64,000 bases of DNA from an uncultured Methanomicrobiaceae archaeon (GCA_963826525.1 CAWGXH010000003.1:192001-256000); one strand, 5' to 3'. Numbered from the stretch's first letter, positions 1-12,267 are shown. The notes: generated by a model from the letters alone, not told the origin. A program made the numbers and translations.

Positions 1-539
1 CGGCATCGCCGTTCACCCAGTCATACCCGCCGGAGAGGTAGTTTGCCGCAAGGTCGGGGTGGGTATAGTCGACTCCGGTGTCCACGATGGCGATGATGAC
101 GCTCGCGTCGCCCTGCTCCAGGTTCCATGCGTCGTCGGCCCCGATGGCGGCAGGGCCCCACTGGAGGGAATAGTAGGGATCGTTCGGGAGGAACGCCGCC
201 GGAGTGCAGGCATACACGGGGTAGTCCGGCTCGACGAACGCCACGTCGTCCCGGGCCGCCATCTCGGCGATGAACCGGCCGGTATCGTTCACGGAATAGA
301 CGACGGCATTCAGCGGTTCGCAGGTTTCGACCACTGCCGCACCGGCGATCTCTTCGGATACCGGATCGGCAGCAGGGCGCCGCTGCAACCTGCATGCGCA
401 CCGGGGACGGAGTTTTGTAGCCGACGATCACGCGCCCGTGAGTTGCCTCGTCGATGGATGCTGCCGCAACGGCAACGGGTATCAGGAGTATCCCTGCAAG
501 GAATGAAAAGGTCAGTAATCGCTGTATATGGTTGTCCAT
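1..539 (-). CDS. Secreted subtilisin/thermitase-like S8 serine protease, N-terminal part (frameshifted; runs off window)
   Basis: Signal peptide MDNHIQRLLTFSFLAGILLIPVAVAA. Manual translation of bases 190->1 gives LPNDPYYSLQWGPAAIGADDAWNLEQGDASVIIAIVDTGVDYTHPDLAANY, with the S8 catalytic Asp motif (IVDTGVD). Confidence 0.9.
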
Positions 540-784
540 CGCTCTGTTCCCGTTCCGGTCGTTGACATAGTGTCTTTTTGGGTAGGGTATATATAATTGT
601 TCCTTCGGGATACAAGCAGGGAAACTCTGGTATTTTAAAAAATGCGGTATCTTCCCCGGGTGCAGGTGATTTACCCCGATGACCTGCCGCATCAAAAGCG
701 GTATCTTCAGAAAGGATCGGCGGCCCGTGGTGCGCCCTGAAAAATGAGGTGGGGATGAGGATCTTCCCGGTTCTTATCGGACGA

Positions 785-2030
785 TTACTGTCTCTTCCGG
801 GCTACCAGGAGTGCCCCGCCGGCGATCGCTGCAAGCGAAAGCGTGCCGAGGAACCAGGCATCAGGTCCGGACTTCTGGGTCGGCGTTCCGGCTCCCGATG
901 GAGTCTCGCCGGAAGCAGGGGTGTTCGTCGGGCTCTCCGTCACGTCCGGGGTTGCTGCCGCCTCGCCGGCGAAGGTCATGAGGGCGAACTGTCCGGGAGC
1001 GGTGATATCGGCAACGATGGTGTTTCCTTCGATACGGCTCGGGACGATCGTCCAGGTGCCGCTCTCGTATGCGGCAAGGAACGGAGTGGCCGCATCGCCG
1101 TTCAGGTGGAGGGAGAGGGTTGCGGCGGGGCTGAACCGTGCCGATGCGGGCGAGACGACGTAGGTTCCCGCGAGAACCTGCCAGTCGGCGGGCACGTTCA
1201 TCGGGTTCGTCTGGATGATGGCAAGGCTTTCCGGGTTTATCCCGGTGATCGCATCGCGGGCGGCGGTGATCTCTGCAACGCCGTCGAGCGATGTGGCGGA
1301 GACGCTGTCCGAAGGCTCCGGAGTGGTGGTTCCGCTACCGGACGATCCTCCTGTCGAACCGCTGCTTCCGGACTGCGTGGTGCTGTCGGGGATGCCGTGG
1401 GTGTTGCGGTCGGTGTCGCCGTCGGCACTTCGCCGATGACGATGTTCTTATTCACCTCTTCGTTGCCGTTGACGAGGATGATGATCCGTGCCGTCCCCTG
1501 GTCGATCCCCGAGAGGCCGAAGGTTATCTGTGAGTTATCAGGGCCCATCTTCGTCCCGGCTGAGTTCGAGCGAGAAATCGACACTCTCCGAACCGGGCAC
1601 GGCATCGCCGTAGACGCGGAGCAGGTCCATGGAACCGCCTTTGACATCGTCGAGCCCCTGGCGGAGGCTTCACGACATCGTTGCTCGCGATCGCTTCGAT
1701 GCTTTTCGCGGTGCCGCCGGTCTGTGCCCGGAGTCCGGCACGCGTCACCGGTTCGGCACGAACCTGCACGACGGGGCTATTGAGTGAGAAGGGAATATTC
1801 ACGTTGGTGGCCTCGAAACTGAACTCGTCCTGGCCTCCAAGGCTGACTGCGGACTCCATCCGGAGTGCGAACGTGCTGCCGTTCGCAAGGCCGGCAACGT
1901 CAATGGTAACGGTATCGCCGCTCTCAATGTGGTCGGGAGTTATTGTTATGTCGAGGGCCGCTGCTCCTTCCACCGCGCAGAAGGCGAGAAGGATGAGGGC
2001 GCATAGGGTTAGTAATCGTTGATGCTTCAT
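785..2030 (-). CDS. Cell-surface protein: signal peptide, Ig-like domains, Thr/Pro linker, C-terminal TM anchor (frameshifted across ORFs 1524-2111, 1237-1647, 785-1201)
   Basis: N-term MKHQRLLTLCALILLAFCAVEGAAA; PTATPTATPT linker; C-term PTQKSGPDAWFLGTLSLAAIAGGALLVARKRQ (hydrophobic helix plus basic tail, archaeal sorting-signal-like). Confidence 0.75.
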
Positions 2031-2262
2031 GGGACACCCGTTGCAAGAGTATGTAGTCATCTCTATCTCTGTAATTTTATCTAACCTTATCGATATTTTG
2101 CACCCGGTCAAAATGGCTCCGCCTGCCGGTGCGATGTTCTACATCAACAATTTCGAGAAATGCAACAGCAATAACGCTTTTTTTAAGCGAAAGGATTATC
2201 CGGCAACTATGTCTCTCCGGGAGAAAGCCCCGGATTCTTCGGAAATAAAAAAGAAAGGAAGA

Positions 2263-5200
2263 TTAGTTGTTCTTCTTCTCCATGTAGAAGAACGCTGCTC
2301 CCGCCACGGCGAGGATCGCGACGATGGCGATGGCGATCAGCATGAACGGGAGTTCTTCGGTCGGCTGTGTCGGGAGTCGTCGGAGCGACTTCTGTCGGGC
2401 TCGTCGTCACGACTTCAGTGGGGCTGGTCGTCGGCAGGACGCCGGTGGTGTAGACGACCGCGAACATACTGAAGTGCGTGATCGTAGCGGTCACCGTTCT
2501 GGTTGCCGCGTTGACCGTGGTCGGGACATCCTCCCAGGCATCGGTCTCTGCGTTGTACCACTTGATCGTCGGCACCTGGCCGCTGGCGATCATCTGGTTC
2601 CAGTCCTCTTCAGAGAGGGTGGCGGTGAGCGTCATGCCGGGGTCGAAGGTGGTGCCTGCAGGGCCGCACTCATAGACGTAACCGGAGATGCTGAAGACGG
2701 CACCTGCCGGGGCTGCCGGAACGTCGCCTACCCGCTCGATGGTGATGCTGTTGATCGGGTTACCGTCTGCATCGAGTGCACGTACGCCCGCCTGCAGGGT
2801 GAGTTTCGCGCTGTCGTCGTCCGCAAGGACGGCGATTGTCCGGGTCACGATACCGCTGCTGCTGGTCGAGACCACGCCTGTTCCTTCATAGGTAACGACA
2901 CTGTGGCTGCTGCCGCCACTGCCGCCACCGCCGCCGCTGGGCGTGTACGGAGTGGGCGTGGGGGTCGGCGGGGTTGCCTGCACCAGGGAGATGCTGGCCT
3001 GGTTGTAGAGGGTTGTGCTGCCGTTGTTCTCGGTGAACATGTAGAGGTAGTAGTTACCGGCGACAAGGCCGCTCGTTGCGACCTGAACGGTGCTTGCGTT
3101 CGATGCGGAACCGTAATTGCCGTAGCCGGGGGTGATGTAGACGTTGCCGATGAGTTTCTCAACGGTCGTGTTGCCGTTGGCGTAGAGCTTCACGTCCTCG
3201 AGCGATCCGGCGCCGAGGGTCGTGAGGTTCAGCGCCATAGCGCCGGTGTAGATGGCATCCTTGTTGATCAGGATCGCTGCGATGTTCTGCCCGCTGCTGC
3301 CTGCATTGACCACGACGGGGCTGCCGATGGTGTAACTCGAGGCGCTCGGGTTGATGTTCTGGCCGCTCTCGGCGACCTCGAAGGTCTCCATGGTGATGAT
3401 GCTGAACCGGTCCTGGTCGATACAGACCGCGAGGACGATGTATTCACCGGCGCCGAGATCGCTGATCTGGAGCGGGGTGGTGATGCCCGATGCGGTCGCG
3501 GAGTTGAAACCGGTGTCGAGGTCGAGGTAGTTCGCGCGGACCGCGCTCATCAGGTTGCTGGACGCGCTGATGGTACCCTCCTGTTTGAGGATGGTGATAG
3601 AACCGTCATTTGCTACACTGATGATGCCGTAGCCGTACTGTCCGCCACCCTTGCCGTAGAGCACGATCTTGTCCTGGCTGAGCAGCTCCTGGAGCGTGCC
3701 GGCCGTCGGGGAGGCGCTGGACGGGTCGCGCAGCATCTGATCGAGCAGGGTGCTGTTCGCCTTGCCGATCATGATGGTGGCGTTGTCGACGTCGGGCGAT
3801 CTGAACCGCGAAGTCGAGGCTGCCGGTGGGGGTCGCGTAGATCTTGATTGCCGCAGGCAGTTCTCCGGCGGTGACGGGATCGTTCTTCCGGTTGTCGAGG
3901 GTTGCATTGCTTCCCGGAATGATCGTCTTGGTGAACGTGCCGAAGGTCGGGAAGGTCATCGCCGTGTTCGGGCCGGTCAGGGTGATCGCCCGGGCGACGT
4001 CGAAGTAGTTGAAGATCGCGGTCTTCGAGAGATCGATGCCTGCGAAGGTGCCGAGAGAGGCATCGTTGTAGTAGGCGAGATAGTTGTTGTAGAGGTGGAA
4101 CTCGTGCGCTCTGACCCTGGTTGCCCGCGAGGTCGACCGCCGAGACGGTCAGGTTCCGGTTGCCGGGCGCGGTGTTCAGGAAGAGCATGCCGGGGTTTGT
4201 CGTGTTGGTGGCGGTCTCCACCCATGCCTGCTTGAAGTTCGCGTCGGTCACGGTGTAGGAGATGATCAGGTTCTCGTTCGCCTCGACGAACCCGTCACCG
4301 TCGGAGTCCTGGATGCCGGTGATGACGACGACAGGTGCGGTCGTGTCCTTGGTGAAGGTCACGGTTGCGGTCTGCTCGGAGGCGTCGAGCGAGCTCGTGC
4401 CGTTGACGACGACCACGTAGGTGCCGTCCGCGAGGGCTCCGTACGAGGCGTAGTCGAGGGCGATGGCACCGTCGGTTGCGCCGCCGGTGAGCGTGCAGTC
4501 AGCCGTGACGTCGACGGGGTGTAGGGTGCTGCATAGTTCAGTGCGATGGCTCCCTCGGTTACGCCGGTGGGAACCGTACATTTGGAAGTTACATCAACAT
4601 TGTTTAAGAACATCTTCACCGTGCCGCTCGTCACCTGCACGAAGGATGCGGTGATCGGGGGCTGTGCCTGGTTCGTGTAGTTGCCGTCCGCAGGAGCGGT
4701 GATGGTGACACCGGACTCTGCGACAGTGACGCTCACGGAGTCGGTTCCCGGGTTGCCGCTAATGTCGTCAGCCGTGACTACGATCGGTACGTTGCTGCCG
4801 GTATTGACGTTGCTCTTGGTGGCAGTTACCTGGTATCCGTCGGCAATGGCCACGGTGTTCAGGGTGTCGGCTGCCTGGCCGTCGACGGTGACGGCGATGC
4901 TGGACAGATCGACGCCGCCCATATCGGTGATGTCGGCAACCACAGTTACAGTCTGTGCGACGGTTGCGCCGTTAGCCGGAGATGTGATGGTGACGGTCGG
5001 ACCTACTTCATCCTGTGTTTTAAACGTACCGTTACGAATGCCGCCGATGAACTCATTTGTGATAATACTCGCTGATCCATCGGTGATCTCATTTGCGATC
5101 AGTCCGACAGCGGTCTGGCTCCCGTCATTTTTGAGGCTTTCTGCAACTACGGAACAGGCGATACTGCGGTTTGTGCATCCACTGATCCGCCGCCCGAAGC

Positions 5201-5501
5201 TCCGAGGACAAGTGTTGCCGTTCCGGCATTGTTATCGATGACCTCTCCATACTTTTGCCACAATCCTCCTACGATGAAACTGTTCACCTTCATCACAGTG
5301 GGCTTGTAGGTTACGGTAATATCGACTGAGCCGAGACTTTTAGTACTGTGCTGTACTTGCACGTCGAGATTCAGCTGTTGTTGAAATCTTTACATCTGTT
5401 GCATTACTAATTGTAAGTTCTTGAGCAACCGCGCCGGTTACCAAGAGCGGAATGAACAGTAAAAACAGCGTGAGGAAGATTGTTCGATTCACTCGAGTCA
5501 T
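2263..5501 (-). CDS. Large membrane-anchored surface protein: N-terminal cohesin-like module, Ig-like repeats, S-layer-like C-terminal domain, TM anchor (several frameshifts)
   Basis: Signal MTRVNRTIFLTLFLLFIPLLVTGAVA. Cohesin-like LGSVDITVTYKPTVMKVNSF...IDNNAGTATLV. PTVTITSPANG Ig repeats; PTPTP-GGGGGS linker; C-term FMLIAIAIVAILAVAGAAFFYMEKKNN. Confidence 0.75.
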
Positions 5502-5524
5502 AATTTTTTGTCACCTCTCTATAT

Positions 5525-6328
5525 TTATAGCGATTTCCTTTGATGGTAAATAAATCCTGCGAAAATAATCGAAATCAACAAAATTTCCATGGATATTGGG
5601 AGGCTGTTCGATTGGGTTGCAGTTGTTTTTTCCTCGGCCGAATGTGCTGTCTCAGATTGCCCTGAGGGGGCGGTGCTCTCCTGAACGGGTTTTGTTTCGG
5701 TTGCCGAGGGGCTAATCGATTCCGTTGTTCCCTGGCTGGAACCCGTTGAAGTTATGGTTGTTTCAGGCGTTTTTGGCGTAGGAGTTCCTTGTAAATCCGT
5801 ATGCTGACCGGCTGAGGATGGGTTGGAGGTTATCGGGGTTTCAGACGGCTGCGTTCCTGCTCCGGGCGGTACATATCCCGGGCTACTTTCATATGGTGGC
5901 AGTTGCGTTTTTGTGGGCTCTGGGGTTATATCCGGGACATAGTTTTCACAGGTTACCGGGTTTGCGTCGTAGTCGTACAATTCACGAACTATGACAGTAA
6001 AACTGCCGTCCCCTTCATAGTCAAATTCTGCCAGAGGTACTGTTGTTACCTGATTCGTAGTCGGTAAGAGCAAATCCACCTATTTTGGTGATGCCACCGG
6101 TATTGTTAATGTCGGTAACAATCCCGAAAGTGGAGTCTCGTGAACCTTCTGAACCGCTGCTGGTGCTTTATACTGCAACTCTACGAAATAAGCACCGATT
6201 CGCTCGGGGCTATCTGCCTGATAGATTATCCTTCCGGCACCATCCTGCCCTTCGAAAATCACTGAACCCGCTGAGCATATAGTGATCAGGGCAGAAATTG
6301 CACAGATTAGGGCAAGTTGTCTTCGCAT
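5525..6328 (-). CDS. Small membrane-anchored protein with putative cohesin-like domain and Ser/Thr/Pro-rich stalk (frameshift near 6080)
   Basis: Signal MRRQLALICAISALITICSA; IGAYFVELQY...TTVPLAEFDY beta-rich domain; long S/T/P linker; C-term LPISMEILLISIIFAGFIYHQRKSL. Confidence 0.65.
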
Positions 6329-6356
6329 ATTCTTCTCCTCAAAAAATATGGTGGCC

Positions 6357-9300
6357 TTAAAGAGGTTGGTAGAATGCGTCTACGGTGTTGAACCTCTTTT
6401 TCACTGCAAGGAATGCGTCTGCAGTTGTAATGCTGCCATCATTGTTGACATCGCCATAGAACGACTGGTTTTCGGTGAAAACTACCTGGTTGAAGCGTTT
6501 CTTCACCATCAGGAATGCATCTGCGGTGCTGATGGTGCCATCTCCGTTTACGTCACCCCAGAACCGTCCCCCAAAGTCGAGATAGATCTGATCGATATCT
6601 CCGGTATCAACATTGTTCAGGATGAACTGGCCGTTCTCGATGGCGTAGTCGGTGTATGCAAACCAACCGCTTGCATTGTGCACCATGCACGGTGATATCG
6701 TCATTTACGTATGATCGATTCGTCGGTTACCGGTGGTAAGTGTTCTGCTCGCTTCGGGAGGTCAACCGCAATCGTCGCCAGTCCGCCGCTGCTCGAGATG
6801 CTCGAGTTGAACGACATCATGGCTCTGGTCGCGGCACTCCAGCGGTTGGTACTGCCGTTGCTGATCGTCTCCTCGACCGCCGGCGGCATCACGCGTGCAC
6901 TGCCGCTCGCACCCTCGATCTGCGAGATGTGCGGCAGCGTGCGGTCGGAGACGAACTGGGCGCTGTAGGTTGCGGTATCACCGGGCGTGACGGTGATGGT
7001 GGTGTTCACCCAGGAGGTCTCGTTCCGGATTGCGACGGCGTAGGTGCCCTCGACCCTCTTTACCGAGGCGGTGTTGGTGTTCGCTGCGACCGATGCGCCG
7101 TCGACGTAGAAGTCGGCGAGCACTGCCGCCCCGTTTCATCGACTGCATCGAGCGTGATGTTTCCGTAGCCCTTGATGTAGGTTGTCGTGTCGGCGACGGC
7201 CATCCAGGTGTCGTTGTACATCGGGTAGGCACGCGCTTCGACCGAGTTGTTGCCGTAGACCTCGAAGGTCAGCGGCACGTAGAAGGTCTTGCTCGCGTCG
7301 GCAGCGACACTCGGCTTCGATTCGTCATCGGAGCCGGGGTAGACGTAGAGCTTTCCGGTCGTGGCGTTGTACATGTGGTTGATGTAGGTCTTCTGGCCGC
7401 TGTTGTGGTAGTACGCAGCATTCGAGCCCGTTGCACTGCCCGTGAAGTTCACGCGTGACGTGATCGGGATCTCGATGATCATCGTCGTCTGATCCACCGC
7501 TCCGGGGCCGTCGTTGTTGATCGTGAACTCGACGTCGGCCGTATTGCCTTCGACGAGCGTGTATCCGCTGTTCGGGATGGCCACGTCGAGCGTGAAGTCG
7601 GTTGCGATCGGGTCGATGAACTCCTCGGGGATGGTTGCGAACGCGATGGACTGCGGCACCTTCTCGAGGCTCTTGACCTCGACGAAGAGTTTCGCCTCAT
7701 CTACGGTTCCGACATCCGATTTGCCGGAGACGATCACCTGTGCCGTGGAGTTGGCGGAGGGGACGTCGTAGAGTGCGGCCACCTGAGTCGGCGGTGAGGG
7801 TGTAGACGTACTGGAAGTGAGCGTTGTCGAATGCGACGTCGTTCTGTCGACCAGATGCTGTCGCCGTCGCCGTTAATCAGTTCCGCATCGACGGTGAAGT
7901 CGATGGTCGCGTGCGGCTGCACCTGGGTTAAGGTGTTGATGACGACCGCGGTCGCTCCGGGTGCTGCCCCAGCCCCAGCTGCCCTTGGCGCCGAGCAGGT
8001 AGCGGACACCGCCGGCGACCGTCTCGTTGTCGGCGCTCAGTCCGGACTGGTTCAGTGCAAGGACGGCGTGTGCCGTCTCCTCGGCTCCCCAGCCCCAGGA
8101 GTACGATCCGGCTGTTCCAGAGGTCTTCTGGTTCAGGAGTTTCGTCTGGAGGGCGGCGATGGTGCCGTTGATACTATCTGCATCGCCGAGACCGTGGTCG
8201 CGGATGGCGACGAGGCCGTAGATCCCGTGAGCGACTGCCTGCGCGCCTTCGTTGTTGTAGTTGTGGCCCTGGAGCCAGGTGAGCGACTTTGTCGAGCGTG
8301 GCGTTAACCTCGCCCTGCATGGTGGCGTTGAGGTAGGGGTACTCGTTTGCCAGCGTCTCGCTGATGAACCCGGTCCACTCAACGTCGTTGTAGATGTAGC
8401 CGTACTCGGACCAGCGCCCGTCGGCCTTCTGCCGCTGGGTCAACCAGTTCGCACTTGCATTCAGGTCGATCTTGTCGGGGGTGAAGGCGACCGCACTGCC
8501 CCAGTAGGCGGGGTCGTCGTCGTTCAAGAGTTCGGTGATGACGTAGTCCGGGTAGAGCGTGTAGAACGCAGACGGGGTCGAGTACGTGCCCCATGCCCAT
8601 CCGCCGGATCCGTCACCGTACGACTCGCCCGCGAGCTGCTGGGCGTTGTAGCCGTCCGGTGCGCTCATCCGCGCGATGGCATCCTGCATGTTCTGCTGGA
8701 AGGTGGCGTTCATCGCGTCGGTCAGCGCCCCGCGCTGCTCGTAGTACTGCTTGACCCTGAGGATGGCGAGCGCCGGGCTCATCGTCTGCTCGGGGCATCC
8801 GTGCGGGTAGCCGACGAGCTGCTCAAGGCCGTTCAGCGTTCTGCCTTCCGCTCCTGCGGCGAGGGTCACGGTGACGCTCTGCCCCTGCGACGGCGACCGG
8901 TTGAAGACGTCGAAGGTCACCGTATCACCGGCAGTGTCGGCGATCAGGGTGCTGTTCGTCACCTTGATGTCGAGGAACGGCTCCCGCACCTGGATGGTGC
9001 CGTTGACGTAGTCGGACTTGCCGCGTGCCTCAAGGCTGATCGAGTAGGCGAATTCGCCGAGCACCTTCGGTCTGATGTAGTACCAGGTCACGTAGTTCCA
9101 GTCCGAGTCGTAGCAGTACGTGCTGGAGCTTCGCCGGGTAGTAGTAGTAGAGTTCGAACGGTGAGTTCTGTGACAGGTCGACCGGCGTTCCGTTCGCATA
9201 CCAGATGTTCAGGGTGGCGTTCGGCCGTGCTGCCTGGTTTGCGGTGTAGTAGGTGCTGAGGGGAGGTATTCGTTGAGATACGGGGTCTTGTTGTAGTGGT

Positions 9301-12267
9301 ACCAGTACTCGTAGTAGTTCTCGTTGGTCGTGGTGATCTCGAGGTTGAACGGCTGGATCACGGTGTTCTGGGTGGCAACATTCCCGATGGGCTGGTCGTC
9401 GCCCGAGATCTGTGCTTTCACCTCGTAGGTGCCGGGCACCAGGGGCTTCCAGGTGTTAATGGTGTAATACTTGCTCGCGTAGGCTCCGAGCGGGACGTCC
9501 GAAGCCGACCAGATCTCGGTGCCGCCGACCGTCACGTTGACATCGACGGCGACGGGGTTGCTCTTCGCGTTCCAGACGCTGACCGAGATGGTCTGGTTGT
9601 ACCCCTCCGAACCCTGCGTCGGGACCTGCAGGTTCACGCGTGCATCGGAGACGTTCTCCTGCGTGTACAGGCCTTTGGTGATGCCGAGGTTCAGGTAGTT
9701 TCCGCCGGTCGTCTTGACGTAGGCGTCGGTCTGCGAGTCGAGGACGGTCGATCTGCCGGAATCGGCTCTGGCTTTCAGGGTGATCTGGGCTACTTCGGTG
9801 TTGCCCTGGATATCGAGGTTCGTCCCGGTGATCGTGACCCGTCCGTACGAAAGACGACCAGCCGATACTGCTCCTCCGGTCGTCACGGCGGATACGTAGC
9901 AGACGCTCGGGTCGTACTTGATCGGGAGCGAAAACGCCGTGATCGGTGCCGAGACGTTCGTCAGCTGGACGGAGAGGATTGTATCGGACGACGTCGAGCC
10001 GCTCACGCTCGGCAGGATGACGGTCACCGGTGCGTAGGACTGGTAGTCGGTCGTGACGCGTGTTGTTGGTCGTGTCCGTCTCGGTCTCGGCACCGTCGCT
10101 GTTGACCGTGACGGTGAAGGACTTCGCACTGCTGCCGATCGAAACACCGGTCAGCGTCTGCGTCCAGGTCTCGCCGGGCTGCAGGGCGGGAACAGTCGTA
10201 GATGGTGCTTGCACCCTGGTTCGTGAAGTTGAGTTTCGTTGCGACCGCGTAGACGTTGCCGATGTTCCTGACACCGTAGGTTACGTTGTAGGTGCCGGGC
10301 ACGACCTCTTCCTGGATGGTGGTTCCGCTCGACGGGATACCGGCGGTCAGTTCGGTCGAGAGGACCGGGATGAGATCGGGTTTCGTGATGCTTGCGTGGT
10401 GGGTGACGTAGTTGTTCTCCTCGTTGACCTCCTCGACTGCGTTGTCGACGTCGATCCCAAGGCCGATGTCGTAGTTGCCGACATTGATGTCACCGCCGGT
10501 CGTGATGACGTAGGTGCTCTCCCATCCCGATCCGCCCATGACGACACTGTGTCTCCGGATAGCCGGGGATGACGTTCATCGTCATGTGGTAGGTGATGTT
10601 CGCACCGGCGGCGATGTCGTCGGTGATGGTGATGTTGGTCTTCTGGCTCGCCGAAGCCTCCCTCAATCTTGAAGTCATCGGTGACGGTCTCGGTGCCGAT
10701 GTTCTCGATCACCATGGTGGTCGTGAATTCGAGGTGGCCGTCCTTGTACTTCTTGATGTACTCGGGGGCGTCCACGAGGTAGCCGCGGAGGTCCGGGCCC
10801 GACGGCGGGACGATGGTGACTTCGCCGTCCACGATGCTCGCGAACGGAGTGCTGATCGTCACGTTCTCGCGGGGGCTGCGCCACTTCTGGATGTGGTAGG
10901 ATGGGGTGAATTCGGTCTCTTCACCGATCATCGTCCGACCGCCTGCATTTTGAAATCGGCGAGCGGCGTGACAGCGATGCCGTGTTCAGTCCGCTCATAT
11001 TGCCGAAGAATGCCAAGACGGAGTCTGTACCGTGTCCATACTCGTTTATCCACGCGCTCGTCGAGTCTCACGCCGGCGCCTGCGGCGGTCTGGCTCAGCG
11101 TGATGTTCTCGACGTTCGTGAAGGTCACGATGGAGCTGTTGTAATTAGGAGTTACAGGTCATCTCGTCGACCGGTCCCAGGTCCTGCACGGAGAGCGGGA
11201 GCGTTTTCTGGTTGCCGACGGTCACGGTGCCGTTCGGTAGACGTGAGTATGCCGCGGGCTGCCGGGATGTTGCCGCCGGATGCGGTGATGATGCCGTTGA
11301 CGGTCTTGTTGAACTGGAAGTCCCAGTATGCTCGCGCCGACGTCGCCGCCGGACTGCAATCTGCTCGATGAGACCGGTGTTATAGAGATCGCTGGAGCCG
11401 GTTCCGTAAGATCCGTATATCGACGGTCTCGGTCTCGCCCGCCTTGTCCGTCGTGCGGATAGGTGATATCGACGATCGGTGTCGACTCCGAGACGGTAAG
11501 CCCGTCGGGTGCGATGATCCAGGCATTAACGTAGCCTATCGTGAGGAGTACTCGCCTTCGAGGATTCCGTTGCATGCCGCGATCCCTGTGAGAGGATAAC
11601 GCCCTCCGGCATCTCCGGGCTGATCTGCATATCCTCAACGGCGATGTAGGCCGCATCGAACTCCATCTGGATCCCACATCGAGGTCACGTCCGTCAGGTT
11701 TGCAACCTCGACGCTGAAGGTGCCGCTCTGCCCGGAAGCGAGACTCCCGGACGGCGCAGTCGATCATCGACACGGGTTCCTGCGTCGACCGTGAACGTGC
11801 CGTTGACGGTGGTGACCGGGATACTCGGCGCCGCCTCCATCTCTTCAAGGGAAGCGACGAGGTTCAGCGGGCTCGTCTCCCCGGCAGTGCCGACAGCCCG
11901 GAGAGTCACATTGCAGACCTTCACCGTGCCGGTGAGCTCGGAGCCGCTGATCTGCAGTCCCCCGATGGTAACCTGGCCGGTCGTATTGTCGATGTGGTAT
12001 ATCGGAGTGTCGAAGTCGCTCTCCGATAGTGCATCGACATAGACCACATCCGGATCGTACGCAGGACCGACGTCGCATGTGGCGGCGGATGTCGGAAGAT
12101 CGTTGATCATGATCGGTACGGTCATCGTTCCGCCCGGGAGGGCCGCGGCGTCACCGATAGATGACGGTGGTCGCCACGACCGCGCCCGCTGGCAGAATGA
12201 TCATTGCTACCAGAACGAGTAGCAATGGCAAAATTTTAGCGGTATTCTTCGCTTCTTTTTCAGTCAT
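6357..12267 (-). CDS. Giant secreted multidomain protein (~1,950 aa reconstructed): ~4 cohesin-like modules, CARDB/Ig modules, alpha-2-macroglobulin-type thioester domain, C-terminal dockerin (many frameshifts)
   Basis: Signal MTEKEAKNTAKILPLLLVLVAMIILPAGAVVA. Cohesin-like TVPIMINDL..YDPDVVYV..IDNTTGQVTI..VCNVTLRAVG and ITAFSLPIKYDPSVCYV..VAQITLKA. CARDB-like GPDL..VIENIGT and KPDL..VRNIGN..ETDTTNN. LEQLVGYPHGCPEQTMSP. Duplicated dockerin loops GDVNGDGTISTADA / GDVNNDGSITTADA. Confidence 0.8.

Noticed and set aside
2905-2980. GCC/GGC-rich and PTPTP low-complexity repeats (also 1385-1420)
   Set aside because: They encode ordinary Gly/Ser and Pro/Thr linkers of surface proteins and are not independent repeat elements.
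6357-12267. Programmed frameshifting or stop-codon recoding (Sec/Pyl) to explain the split ORFs
   Set aside because: The breaks are frame changes at scattered sites with no consistent slippery motif, and they also hit housekeeping genes; sequencing indels are simpler.
6357-12267. A true cellulolytic cellulosome
   Set aside because: No glycoside hydrolase or CBM3 is recognisable in the cluster, and the host appears to be a methanogen.
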